From Octopus vulgaris (Eukaryota), in assembly GCA_951406725.2 (NCBI GenBank), contig OX597835.1, forward strand, positions 22,258,001 through 22,322,000: DNA of 64,000 bases, read 5' to 3'. Shown piece after piece: positions 1-14,182 of this stretch (positions are counted from its first letter, which is position 1; each line of letters begins with the position of its first letter). A model generated the notes under the pieces. That model had not been told where the DNA came from. It searched no databases and saw nothing but the letters and a program-made list of their open reading frames with translations. Both the position numbers and the translations under genes were made by a program.

Positions 1-31
1 ACTCATACATACAAAACACACAAATACATAC

Positions 32-78
<47 letters not shown>

Positions 79-154
79 TATATACATACATACATACATA
101 CACGCATGCATGCATGCATACATACATACATACATACATACATACATACATACA

Positions 155-186
<32 letters not shown>

Positions 187-325
187 CATACATATGTGTG
201 TGTGTTTGCATATGTGTGTGCGTGTGTGTGCGTATGTGTGTGTGTATGATTTCTGTGTGTTCTCCCTATATTATCTCCTAACACACAATTGTCCCCTTCC
301 CCAGCTACTCATCACCACCATCATT

Positions 326-388
<63 letters not shown>

Positions 389-1099
389 GTCATCATCATC
401 ATCATTATCATCACCAGCATTGACGTTGTCGTCGTCGTCGTCGTTTTCCTTACCAACACTACTGGGCCGCCATCACCGCCCCAACATCGACGACTATCAA
501 TGCCACCACTACCACAACCACCATTACAATTATCATCACCATCACCATCATCATCATCACCATCATCACTACCACCGCCGCCACCATCGTCATCGGTCAC
601 CAATTACCGACTACCCTAGATATCTGCTATTAATAACAACAACAGCAACAACAACCACCACCACAATAAAAGGCCCGCCCTCACATTATGACGGGTGGTG
701 GTCGCGGGTGGCAGGTGAGGCGGTGCGGGTAGAGGTTATGATGAGGTGATAGCAAAGTAGTACGGTGGTCAGGTGAGGTGGGGGGCTGGCATCGGCTGCG
801 GCTGCGGTGGTGATGGTGGTCGTGCTGATGGGACACGGGGGAGGAGGCGGCGGCAGCGTTGGTGGTGGTGGTGGAGGTGGTGGTGGTGGTTGTGGTGGTG
901 GTGGTGGTTGTGGTGGTGGTGGTCGTCGTGGTGGTGGTGGTCGTGGTGGTGGTGGTGGTGGTGGTGGTGGTGGTGGCGACAGTAAGATAAGGTGGTAGCA
1001 TGAAGTGGCACTCCACTAACATTTAATATTGAATAACATCATCACGTGAACGAATGACAAACATTACTGATCTCCGAAATGGAAGAAAAGTGTTCTTAT

Positions 1100-1173
<74 letters not shown>

Positions 1174-1270
1174 CCACACACGCACACACACATACCCACA
1201 CAAACAGACATGCACGCACTCGCATGTATATGTGCATGTATGCATCTGTGTATCAATATGTGTAAAGGGT

Positions 1271-1519
1271 AAAGACCCCCTTCGGTCATGAATGACCATG
1301 GGATTGCACCTAGAAAGTTACCCTCCTATACACAAGTCCGGGCAAGGTTGTTTATGGAAGACCAGCAGTCGCCCATGCTTACCAGCCTCCCCTCTCCACG
1401 CCACCAGTGTTATCCAAGGGAAAGACAAAGGTCGATACAGCTTGGCACCTGTGACGTCGCAACTCATTTCTACAGCTGAGTGAACTGGAGCAACGTGAAA
1501 TAAAGTGTCTTGCTCAAGA
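1271..1519 (-). mobile_element. SINE family D (CORE-like body plus distinct 3' tail), 5'-truncated
   Basis: Reverse strand reads cttgagcaagacactttatttcacgttgctccagttcactcagctg...catgaccgaagggggtcttt; homologous to 30133-30362 and 32803-32930; shares its central segment with family E. Confidence 0.75.
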
Positions 1520-1524
1520 TTACA

Positions 1525-1921
<397 letters not shown>

Positions 1922-1925
1922 TATC

Positions 1926-1966
<41 letters not shown>

Positions 1967-2149
1967 ATATGTGGGGGGTGTATGTGTGTATGTGTGTGTA
2001 TACATACATACATAGATGCCCATGCATTATATACACAGGTACCTATCCATTCATGCGTTCTCACCATCATCACCAACAACATCACAATGACCACCAACAA
2101 CACCAACAATAACATCATCACCGCCACCAACGTCTCCACCACCATCACC

Positions 2150-2183
<34 letters not shown>

Positions 2184-2424
2184 TAGTGATTAGAATCTAC
2201 CAGCATCACCAAGTCACCAGTACAACCACAACTGCCACCATTCACTAGCATGCACCACCCCCACCACTACTACTGCTACCACCCCTACCACTACTACCAC
2301 TATTCACTAGCATCGGCCATCTTCACCATCACCATCACTACCACCACAACTATCACTATTACTACTACTACTACTACTACTACTACTGCTGCTACTGCTG
2401 CTGCTGCTGCTGCTGCAACTGCTT

Positions 2425-2475
<51 letters not shown>

Positions 2476-3038
2476 TTACTACTACTACTACTTTTCTCTA
2501 GTACCTACCGCCGTCACCAATAACGTCACAATCACCACCGCCGCAACCACAACCACCACCGCCGCCGCCACATCCACCAGCACCACCGCCACAACCACCA
2601 CCACCACCACCACCACCACCACCATACTGTCACTAGTATTTATGACCCAACCTATGAGGAGAAATATCACTAAGCCCTTATGCTCCTCTATCCGCATCTA
2701 GGTCTAACATCTAGGTCTGAGCAAACAAGGACGGCGAGGGAGGATGACATCCTTAACTAACCAACAACAACAACAACACCGGCAACAACAACAACAACAA
2801 ACGACAAAGTAACGAGGATATCTGAGCTTCTTTTGATAAACAAACCCTCCCTACTTTCTCCTGCAAACTCACTTACCCCCATTTCCTCGTCTGGTCCCTT
2901 TCTCCGCGGCATCGCCACAAATTAAAGCTAAGTGCTTTACCTAAGGAGCAGTTATTGACCTTTTAAAGCGATTTGTAAAGTTACACACCCCATCAAACAT
3001 ATCTGGGGCATCATATGTATGATGAATGTGTGTGTGTG

Positions 3039-3079
<41 letters not shown>

Positions 3080-3872
3080 ATACACGTATGCATGTAAGGA
3101 TCTATGTGCGCGCACGCGCCGTGTGTATGCGTGTGTGATGGCAGTTTCTTCGTGTCCGAAGACCATGTAGAAGTGTGGTTCACTCTCAAGTAACTTCGTA
3201 ACTTTGTTAAGCGACCCTTGACGCTGCAGGACTTTCCTTCTTGTCTGCGGTTTGTAGTTTTAAAGTGAGAGTCAGCCCCGGCAACTCGATCCCACTTGGA
3301 CGTCTGACCACAGTGGCTCAGTGGGCAAAGACGGGTGTGGTGACCAGCAAACTGTAGGTCTTACATTGGAGTGGCCTTCACCTCAGTAGATTGCCGTACA
3401 GGGCTGTAGAACTCCACCTACCTTGGCATTGTTTGAAGGATGTCGAAAAGGGCATCAGAGGGAATCTAGTCCCTGATTTGCTATCGAGTTTGATTCCTCT
3501 AGTTTTTTTTTCTTTTCAAAGGCACTCGCACGCGGTGAGGGTTTAGGCTTGGACGTTTTTTTTTTTTTCATAACATGTAATTAATCCATGGTTGGAACCC
3601 TAACAGGTGCCACTACTTCGGGTCAGCATAGAAGTGGGAACAATGGTGACGAGGGTGTGTTTCCTCAAAACCCCGAAACTCTCCAACCTAGACCCCACAA
3701 CTGGATGCAGTTGAAAGTCATAACCAGGATATAATATACGTATAATATGCGCATTTTGCCCGACGTGCTAACGATTCAGCCAGCTCGCCGTCTTGAAATT
3801 AAACAGAATATCAACTGTGTGTGCTTATGTTAATCACCCAGTCCCACCCTCTACTGTACACATGCGCTCATG

Positions 3873-3958
<86 letters not shown>

Positions 3959-4059
3959 CGCACGCACACACACATTGAAATTGACCATTCCTAGTAACTA
4001 AATATAAACTTTGTGTGTTTATGTTAATCACCCACTCTAGCCTATACTTTGCACTGCAC

Positions 4060-4870
4060 ATGATCATCATCATCATTGTTCGACCGTGGTCGAGACAATA
4101 GAATTTACCATGCTACGCCAGACTTCACGGTCCATCATGGCATTACGGAGGTCCTGTTGCTGGATGCCTGTATCCCTGGAGATTTTTTTTTTTTGGAAGC
4201 ACTCCGTCGGTTACGACGACGAGGGTTCCGGTTGATCCGATCAACGGAACAGCCTGCTCGTGAAATTAACGTGTAAGTGGCTGAGCACTCCACAGACACG
4301 TGTACCCTTAACGTAGTTCTCGGGGATATTCAGCGTGACACAGAGAGTGACAAGGCCGGCCCCTTGAAATACAGGTACGACAGAAACAGGAAATAAGAGT
4401 GAGAGAAAGTTGTGGTGAAGGAGTATAGCAGGGATCACCACCATCCCTGCCGGAGCCTCGTGGAGCTTTAGATGTTTTCGCTCAATAAACACTCACAACG
4501 CCCGGTCTGGGAATCGAAACTTGATCCTACGGCCGCGAGTCCGCTGCCCTAACCACTGGGCCTTTGCGCCTCCACCCCCTGGAGATTACATCAGGGTAGA
4601 AGAGTGTGCGCCCTCTGGTATCGCGAGTAGATGGCTTCCAGAGGAGAAGAGTAGAAATTGCCTCGTTTTTAGCTCTACAACAATGTCCAGCAAACTGGAC
4701 TCTCCTACCTTTCACAAGAGATAATACAGGTGGTAGTTTCCCATATATTTGTACTTTGGTTGGATGACGCTTCCACGAGAGATTTTGAGCTCTCATAAGG
4801 AGGCGAGTGTAAGTTCCATCCAACCGCCTCTCAAGCTTCTTTGATAACGTCCAGGTTTCTGAGCCATAAC
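4060..4870 (-). mobile_element. RTE/RTE-X-type LINE ORF2 3' end, 5'-truncated, split by a SINE B insertion
   Basis: YGSETWTLSKKLERRLDGTYTRLLMRAQNLSWKRHPT..QFAGHCCR..YPDVISR continues across the SINE as DTGIQQQDLRNAMMDREVWRSMVNSIVSTTVEQ*, then a (TGA)n tail. Confidence 0.85.
4185..4574 (-). mobile_element. SINE family B, full length with poly(A) tail and TSD
   Basis: tRNA-like head; near-identical to 29507, 36126 and 40125 copies; TSD ccctggagatt at 4174-4184 and 4577-4587. Confidence 0.92.
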
Positions 4871-5035
4871 TGCACATAAACACGTCCGCAATCACAAGAA
4901 GCGAAATATAGCGATCGGAGAAACAGCTATCGGCAAAACAAAGACCATACTGAGATATAGACTGGAGTCGATGTGAACGACAAATGTCTTGCAGGCAGCG
5001 CCTTAGGGTAGTTGCAGTCCAAGACAACGTAACCA

Positions 5036-5592
5036 ACACTGACCACAGCCAATAATGACCACAGCCAATAATGACCACAGCCAACAGTGACCACAGCCAA
5101 TAGTGACCACAGCCAATACTAATCACAGCCAATAGTGACCACAGCCAATAATGGCCACAGCCAATACTGACCACAGCCAATAATAACCACAGCCAATAAT
5201 GACCACAGCCAATACTGACCACAGCCAATAGTGACCACGGCTAATAATGACCACAACTAATAATGACCACAGCCAATAATGACCACAGCCAATACTGACC
5301 ACAGCCAATAGTGACCACGGCTAATAATGACCACAACTAATAATGACCACAGCCAATAGTGACCACAGCCAATAATGGCCACAGCCAATATTGACCACAG
5401 CCAACAGTGACCACAGCCAATACTGACCACAGCCAATACTGACCACAGCCAATAGTGACCACAACTAATAATGGCCACAGCCAATATTGACCACAGCCAA
5501 TATTGACCACAGCCAATACTGACCACAGCCAATACTGACCACAGCCAATACTGACCACAGCTAATAATGACCACAGCTAATAATGACCACAG
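5036..5592. repeat. 15-bp minisatellite (gaccacagccaatant), about 37 units
   Basis: Directly visible tandem units with variant blocks that recur. Confidence 0.95.
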
Positions 5593-5916
5593 ACAGCAAC
5601 AACAGAATTCAATATAAATCAAAGGAAGACTAGAGCCATCAGTGTACCAAGTGACAAATATACGTAGCCATAATAAAGTCGACTGAACAGACAGGAAGTC
5701 CCTTGATGTTTCCTGTGTTTTAGGGATATGTAAACCTTCCCTGCTAACCCCGGTACCATCTGTCCTCTGTTTAGTATAGAGAGGACAGGAAGGAAAGGAG
5801 GGAGAGCGGGTGCGTGTTACGCGCGCGCATCCGTGAGAGAACGGGTGGGTGGGAGAGAACAACGCGGTAAAAGTATCGTGTGTGAATTGTCTAAGTGTAT
5901 GTATGTATGTTTGTAC

Positions 5917-5977
<61 letters not shown>

Positions 5978-6028
5978 CGTGTGTGTATAAATGAATGGCT
6001 GAATAAATTAATGAATGAATGAATGAAT

Positions 6029-6063
<35 letters not shown>

Positions 6064-6134
6064 AATAGACTTTGGCTAAAATGCGTGTATGAATATGTCT
6101 ATGAGTTTTGTACGCGTGTATCTATCTGTATTGT

Positions 6135-6172
<38 letters not shown>

Positions 6173-6212
6173 TACGCTCTTCATACAAAAATGCCGTCCA
6201 CACACACGCACG

Positions 6213-6278
<66 letters not shown>

Positions 6279-6428
6279 TACACAGATAAAGATATGTAAC
6301 AAGCAAGTAATTGAGATAGAGGAAAGTCAAGATGTAATATACACGTATATAAAGGCATTGAGTTATACAAACATACGTAGGGACATGTGTAGACAGGCCA
6401 ACAGACAGATAAACAGGACCGATAGAAA

Positions 6429-6461
<33 letters not shown>

Positions 6462-6476
6462 ACAGGCAGGCAGGCA

Positions 6477-6541
<65 letters not shown>

Positions 6542-6676
6542 CCAAACAGAAAATAGTTTTATAAGACAAACAGGTAAACAGATAAATATTACTCTTTACT
6601 CTTTTATTTGTTTCAGTCATTTGACTGCGGCCATGCTGGAGCACCAGCTTGAAGAATTTTATATATCTCTCTTTCT

Positions 6677-7078
6677 CTCTTTACTTGTTTCAGTCATTTG
6701 ACTGCGGCCATGCTGGAGCACCGCCTTTAGTCGAGCAAATCGACCCCGGGATTTATTCTTTTTGTAAGCCCAGTACTTATTCTATCGGTCTCTTTTGCCG
6801 AACCGCTAAGTGACGGGGGACGTAAACACACCAACATCAGTTGTCAAGCAATGCTAGGGAGACAAACACAGACACACAAACACAGACACACACACATACA
6901 TGAATTTATATATATACATATATACGACAGGCTTCTTTCAGTTTCCGTCTTCCAAATCCACTCACAAGGCATTGGTCGGCCCGGGGCTATAGCAGAAGAC
7001 ACTTGCCCAAGATGCCACGCAGTGGGACTGAACCCGTAACCATGTGGCTGGTTAGCAAGCTACTTACCACACAGCCAC
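6677..7078 (-). mobile_element. SINE family A, near full length (extra tail fragment at 6590-6645)
   Basis: Full family A consensus with internal (CA)/(TA) microsatellite. Confidence 0.92.
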
Positions 7079-7313
7079 AGAGAGATTGATAGAGACAGCT
7101 AAGAGAGACAGATATATAGACAGGGACAGTTAGACAGCTAAAGACACAGATGTGTAGATCGAAGGAAAGAATGGCAGCCAGATGTAGATAGATGTATTTT
7201 CGGAAAGACAGAAAGAGATGCTATATGCCCGACAGATGTGTAGGCAGATCGAGAGATCCTAGTCGGGTAGATTATACAAGCATATAGACAGATAGACAGA
7301 CAGATAGACAGAC

Positions 7314-7387
<74 letters not shown>

Positions 7388-7591
7388 CTAATTTTCTTTA
7401 TTGGCCACACAGGGCTGCACACAGATGGGACAAGTTACAAGGTAGAGCTTTTCTTTTGTGGGATGAAAAAAAACCAAAAAACAAAAGAAACAAAAAAAAG
7501 GTGGCGTAGGTTTTCGATCAAAAGAGATCGTAAAAGGGAAAAAAAGAACAAAAAAAAAGGAAAAGGAACAAAAGAAAAGAGAAATGAAAGA

Positions 7592-7683
<92 letters not shown>

Positions 7684-7714
7684 GGAGAGAGAGAGAGAGA
7701 GAGAGAGGGGGGGA

Positions 7715-7870
7715 GTCAAAGCGAAAGACGTCCGAGTCTGGCTCACCCGATGCTTCCATGGTGCTTTAACCTGACATTGCTCCGAAGGCCAAGTCGGGAA
7801 AGGAACAGTCTCGGGCACATTGCAAGAAGGGTGGTGGGCTTGGCTGGAATTGCCGGACCTTACGCTGCCT

Positions 7871-7903
<33 letters not shown>

Positions 7904-8335
7904 TTCTTCTTCTTCTTCTTCTTCTTCTTCTTCTTCTTCTTCTTCTTCTTCTTCTTCTTCTTCTTCTTCTTCTGCTTCTTCTTCTTCTTCTTCTTCTTCT
8001 TCTTCTTCTTCTTCTTCTTCTTCTTCTTCTTCCCCTTCTTCTTCTTCTTCTTCTTCTTCTTCTTCTTCTTCTTCTTCTTCTTCTTCATTTTCATTCGCCT
8101 CTCCTCAAAAGTGGAACAACCAAAATGGATTGCTCTTCGCATAGGAAAGACAGTCGTCGGCGGCTTCTGTTTCCCGGATGTTAGGACTGATCCGGGCTTG
8201 AAAGAAGAGAAGACTTCAGTTGGTCTTCGAATCTGCGTTTTTGGAGTTCCGCGATTTCGTTTATCTCAAGCGGTCAAGATATGTCATCCGAATGGCCCCT
8301 TCAAGACTTGCCACCGACCATCGTCTGCAGCAAGA
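7715..8335 (-). mobile_element. RTE (BovB-like) LINE ORF2 C-terminal relic with internal (GAA)n expansion
   Basis: With frameshifts: KRNRGTPK..FEDQLKSS..RRAIHFGCSTFEERR-[K run]-RQRKVRQ..PRLFLSRLGLRS; the last motif resembles the terminal C2H2-like motif of RTE ORF2. Confidence 0.7.
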
Positions 8336-8461
8336 CATGTGTATAGACAGACATAATAAGTAGACATAATCATACACAGATGTTTTGATATTGTTTTAGG
8401 CAAATAGAATTATATGCGGATAGATTAGCGGAAAGGAAACAGAAAAATAAGCAGACAAATA

Positions 8462-8558
8462 GATAGACAGATAGACATTTAGAGAGACAGATAGACATTT
8501 AGAGAGACAGATAGACATTTAGAGAGACAGATAGACATTTAGAGAGACAGTTAGACAG
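8462..8558. repeat. 20-bp tandem repeat (atagacatttagagagacag) x4
   Basis: Directly visible. Confidence 0.9.
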
Positions 8559-8615
8559 CTAAAGATAGATATGTATAGACTGAGAGACAGATTGACAGTC
8601 AGGCAGAGATATATA

Positions 8616-8835
8616 CTCTTTTACTCTTTTACTCTTTTACTTGTTTCAGTCATTTGACTGTGGCCATGCTGGAGCACCGCCTTTAGTCGAGCAAATCGAC
8701 CCCGAGACTTATTCTTTGTAAGCCCAGTACTTATTCTATCGGTCTCTTTTGCCGAACCGCTAATGACGGGGACGTAAACACACCAGCATCGGTTGTCAAG
8801 CAATGCTAGAGGGACAAACACAGACACACAAACAT

Positions 8836-8874
<39 letters not shown>

Positions 8875-9033
8875 CGACAAGCTTCTTCCAGTTTCCGTCT
8901 ACCAAATCCACTCACAAGGCTTTGGTCGGCCCGAGGCTATAGCAGAAGACACTTGCCCACGATGCCACGCAGTGGGACTGAACCCGGAACCATGTGGTCG
9001 GTTAGCAAGCTACTTACCACACAGCCACTCCTG
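8616..9033 (-). mobile_element. SINE family A, full length
   Basis: Matches family A from head to (ctctttta)n tail. Confidence 0.92.
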
Positions 9034-9216
9034 TCTTCGGAAAGACAGAGAGAAAGATAAACACAGAAGTAACGACAGACAGATAGCTGCATAGATATAA
9101 AACCAGCTAGACAAAGAGACAGACAGACAGATAGAAAGGTAGACAGATGTAGAGATAATAGATAGACAGACAGTAATACACACACACAAACACACACACA
9201 CACACACACGTATATG

Positions 9217-9454
9217 TTAACTCTTTTGCATTCAGCTTATTCTGAATGCAAAATAATGTAAGGTTTATTCATCCATATTGCTTTGAATTAATCAGATATT
9301 ATCTCGTAGCTTTGAGATTTCAAAGTCGGGATTGTTTATTTTTGGGGTAGTGACATTGTAGGGTAGGTGTGAAAGGCTAAATCTACCCGGTTCTATCATA
9401 AAAAGGATAGAATATCTGGGCGTGATATGGTCGGTTTAAATGCTTAAGGGTTAA
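9217..9454. mobile_element. piggyBac-like non-autonomous element (MITE) with TTAA target duplication
   Basis: TTAA|ctcttttgcatt...aatgcttaaggg|TTAA; imperfect CCCTT/AAGGG-type TIRs; about 230 bp. Confidence 0.7.
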
Positions 9455-9593
9455 AGTAAGTTATAGTGTAAGTGTTACAGTAATTCCTCATTCTATAGGT
9501 CTCCTTTTTGCTGAACTGCTAATGTTGCAGGATTGTAAACAAACAGACACCGGTTGTCAAGTGGAAGCGGTAGACACACACACACACACAGCA

Positions 9594-9641
<48 letters not shown>

Positions 9642-9648
9642 GTGTGTA

Positions 9649-9684
<36 letters not shown>

Positions 9685-9774
9685 TATGTGTCTGTGTATG
9701 TATACGCATACACGAATATACATATACACATATATATATATAAAAAAATATATATACATATACATATATATATG

Positions 9775-9807
<33 letters not shown>

Positions 9808-9865
9808 GTATGTATAAGTGCGTGTATACATGCGTATGAATACATACTACATCGATAGGTATATT

Positions 9866-9923
<58 letters not shown>

Positions 9924-9928
9924 GCGCG

Positions 9929-9963
<35 letters not shown>

Positions 9964-10301
9964 CACACATCATACATTATACACAGCGGCGCGCAGTATC
10001 TAGCAGGTGTTACATGCCAGGCTTTAGCTCCTTGCGAAAACGAGGCCATAATTTGCCTATCTTTGATCAGATGACTTCCGGCGGGATTAGCTGAAGGGAT
10101 GGGTGGATTTCAGATGGAGGTGGGGGTTTGATAATGAGAAGGAAGAGGATGGGTTTGGATAATAGGGAACTCGGGTGTTATAAAGAATAAATGAGATAGA
10201 GGAAGATGAAGAAAGGGGCGAGAAGGGAGAGATTGATGGAAGTGCGTACGTTTTTTTGTATCTATATGATTCAGTGTATGTATGTATGTATGTTTGTATA
10301 T

Positions 10302-10347
<46 letters not shown>

Positions 10348-10367
10348 ATATACAAACATACATACAT

Positions 10368-10416
<49 letters not shown>

Positions 10417-10562
10417 CATATATACATATATATATACATTTTATATATAATATATATACATATATACATATGTATCATATATTTGTATATATAATATGCA
10501 TAGGGAGGGAGGGGATAGATAGATGGATAGACAGATATATATATATAGATAGACAGACAGAC

Positions 10563-10609
<47 letters not shown>

Positions 10610-11147
10610 CAGATAGACGGAGTGAGAGAAAGCGGAGTACTCGTTTCTTTAGAAATATGTAACACGATTTTCTCTATAACATGAGTCACAGTAAAGGATG
10701 GCGGGAAGAGTAGGAGGGGTGGGCCTTGCTGGATTGGGTTTGCCTTAGAAAGTTCAGAGGAACAGGGGCCGAGGTTTGCTCCTGTACACTTGCTTAGGAG
10801 CATAAATACCCGTCTCTTCCCTTCGACACACTCATAGTGTTTCTACCCACCGCCACCTGCCCCAACATTATGTACTAACCACCAGCATGACCGATCTTTT
10901 ACCCCACTCCACCCCACCCCACCCGGACACCAACATTTTGGGTATTCCCCTTCCCCACCTGCCAGCTCAGATCTTTTCCTGCGGATGTTACTATAAAGAT
11001 TGTTTGAAACTGAACCTGCAGCGCACATCAATGCCATTAGCCCTCGGCCTATCGGCCAGGAAAAGGTTACGTGGGCGCTGTCCCTTCCTTCTGACAAAAC
11101 AGTAAAAATGTAGACGTAGGATGAGCACTGAGACGAAACACTGTACA

Positions 11148-11207
<60 letters not shown>

Positions 11208-11575
11208 TGTGTGTTTGTGTGTGTATGTGTGTATGTGTGTGTGTGTGTGTGTTGTGTGTGTATGTGTTTGTGTGTGTTTGTGTGTGTATGTGCATGTGTA
11301 CGCATAGATACATATGAGGACACACATCTACATGCATACAGACACACACACACACATATAGCCGTGGGCGTAGGGTTAAGAAGCTCGATATAAAACAATA
11401 TGGTTTTGAGTTCGGTTCCACCGCGCGGTAGCTTGGGCAGGTGTCTTTTACAATACCCCGGGGTAAACCCATGTCATGGCCGCAGTTCAATAACTGAAAG
11501 AAGTAAGGAGAAAAGATATGATCCTAGACAGACAGACATACATACATACATACATACATACATACATACATACAT

Positions 11576-11606
<31 letters not shown>

Positions 11607-11615
11607 TACATACAT

Positions 11616-11656
<41 letters not shown>

Positions 11657-11770
11657 TAGATAGATAGATACATAGATAGATAGATACGTACATAAATACA
11701 TACATACATACATACATACACACACATACATACATACACACATACTTACATAGATACATAGGTAGGTAGG

Positions 11771-11866
<96 letters not shown>

Positions 11867-12328
11867 AAGATTACGATCGCCCTTCACACTAAAGAATAAC
11901 TTTTTGTAGAGTAATCATTTAAGGTAGCTTTGTAGTCTCAAGCAAATACAAACATCCTCTCTGTCCTCTGACCCAGCGGAACAGCCAGGATGTGACAGAA
12001 TGAGGGAGAGAAAGCTGCACCAGAACTGAGTTGGTAATGTATTTATTGCACCTGAAGAATAAAAAGTAAATTTGACCTTGGTGCCATCTGAGAGCAGAGA
12101 GCAATGAACCGGAACAAATGTCGCACACGATCTGCCCGACTGTCTAACCTGAACTTTAAGAGTGAGATTTTCTCTTCCTGTCCTCACGATCGTAGGTTTA
12201 TATTAGCCAGCTGGTCAGTACATCCTAAGTATAAGGGTTGGCTCTTCCCTCACAGGTGCTTCTCTCACTATAAAAGAGGGAGTTCATACTCACACACATA
12301 AACACTCGCCCGCGCGTGTGCACACACA

Positions 12329-12381
<53 letters not shown>

Positions 12382-12606
12382 GGCAGCGAGCTGGCAGAAA
12401 CGTTAGCGCGCCGGACGAAATGCTTAGCGGTATTTCGTCTGTCGTTACGTTCTGAGTTCAAATTCCGCCGGGGTCGACTTTGCCTTTCATCCTCTCGGGG
12501 TCGATAAATAAAGTACTAGTTTCTCACTGGGTCGATATAATCGACTTAATCCCTTTGTCTGTCCTTGTTTGTCCCCTCTATGTTTAGCCCCTTGTGGGTA
12601 ATAAAG

Positions 12607-12610
<4 letters not shown>
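12382..12610 (+). mobile_element. SINE family C
   Basis: ggcagcgagctggcagaa..gagttcaaattccgcc..gactttgcctttcatcctctcggggtcgataaa; central domain resembles the Meta/MESC-type SINE domain (from memory). Confidence 0.85.
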
Positions 12611-12637
<27 letters not shown>

Positions 12638-13069
12638 CTTATATTACACACTTATACATATACACAACCTCAGGTCTTTTAAGTTCTCCGCACCTTTCTC
12701 CCATTTCGCTCCGCCACGTCCGCGCTTTTATCTCTTTTCTCCTTATCTTTATCTCACCCTTGCTCCCTCTTCGCCCTTCAGTCAAATGTCGCACAAAACT
12801 GTGGTGAAGGAAATTTCTACCGTCTGAAGTTTGACACGCAGGTCACTGGCTAAAGGGGACCGATCCAAGGGGTATAACTGTGATGGGCTTAAGGATCAAC
12901 CTTATATGACTGGAGAGATGGAATTTAAAGTTAACATGGGAGTGAGGACCGAACTCAGAACAAGTAGAACCATAACTAGATACAGCTAGGCATTTGCTAA
13001 ACGCTCTGACGATTCTGCCAGAGATAAGCTGTAAGTGCAAGAAAATGGAACGACCGAACGAATAATGGA

Positions 13070-13178
13070 TGAAGGAAGGAAGGAAAGGAAGGAAGGAAGA
13101 AAGAAGGAAGAAAGAAGGAAAAAAGGAAGGAAAGAAAGAAAGGAGGAGAGAAGGAAAGAAAAAGAAAGGGAAGAAGAG

Positions 13179-13209
<31 letters not shown>

Positions 13210-13210
13210 C

Positions 13211-13263
<53 letters not shown>

Positions 13264-13510
13264 CAAAGAAAAAGAGAGGGTGGAAGAAATAAATAAAGAA
13301 AAGTGGAAAAGAATGAGCGAAAGAATGAGCGGGAGAAAAAAAGAAAGAAAGAGTGGAAGAAAGAAAGAAAGATAGAAAGAAGGAAAGAAAAAAGAAAGAT
13401 AGAAAGAAGGAAAGAAAAAAGAAAGAATGGGGGAAAGAAGGAAAAAGGGAGGTTGGAAGAAAGCAAGAAAGGAAAAAAGAAGGAAGGAAGGAAGGAAGTA
13501 AGGAAGGAAT
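13070..13510. repeat. Purine-rich (GAAA/GGAA)n low-complexity tract
   Basis: Directly visible. Confidence 0.9.
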
Positions 13511-13938
13511 ATTTGATGTTCATAGGTCTGCTTGTTCGCTAAATAACAACAGTATAACACATTCTGTAATGATGAAGAAAACCAGATTCGACGTGGGAGG
13601 AGATTGAAATATTTCAAACTCAAAGTGTAAAATAGTTTACAGGTCTATTGAGGTGTTAAGGCGTGTGTGGCTGATCTTGCCAGTGTGTAGTTTAACCTGC
13701 TTTTTTAAAGTACTAGTTATAGACTGGATTTTTTTTTTTATTACGAACATACGGATTAATTAATTAATTTTCAATTAAATCAAAATGAAAACTTTAAGAA
13801 TTCATATCCGGAAAACGGGATTTACAAATAATTACATTAAAAGAGCAAATAATGAAAATAATGGCAAAAAAAGAAAAAAACAGAAGGGGAACGATATATA
13901 TATATGTAGATATACAGGTACATAAATACATGCATACG

Positions 13939-13976
<38 letters not shown>

Positions 13977-13977
13977 C

Positions 13978-14069
<92 letters not shown>

Positions 14070-14142
14070 TATACACGTATACTTACAAGTTACATTTCCT
14101 CCAATGATGAATGAAGTATTCTTCTCTCTCCCCACTTTCCTC

Positions 14143-14182
<40 letters not shown>

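Noticed and set aside
5036-5592. CRISPR-like array or Cys/Trp-rich repeat protein
   Set aside because: Contiguous 15-bp units without unique spacers, in eukaryotic context; the ORFs follow from the 15-bp period.
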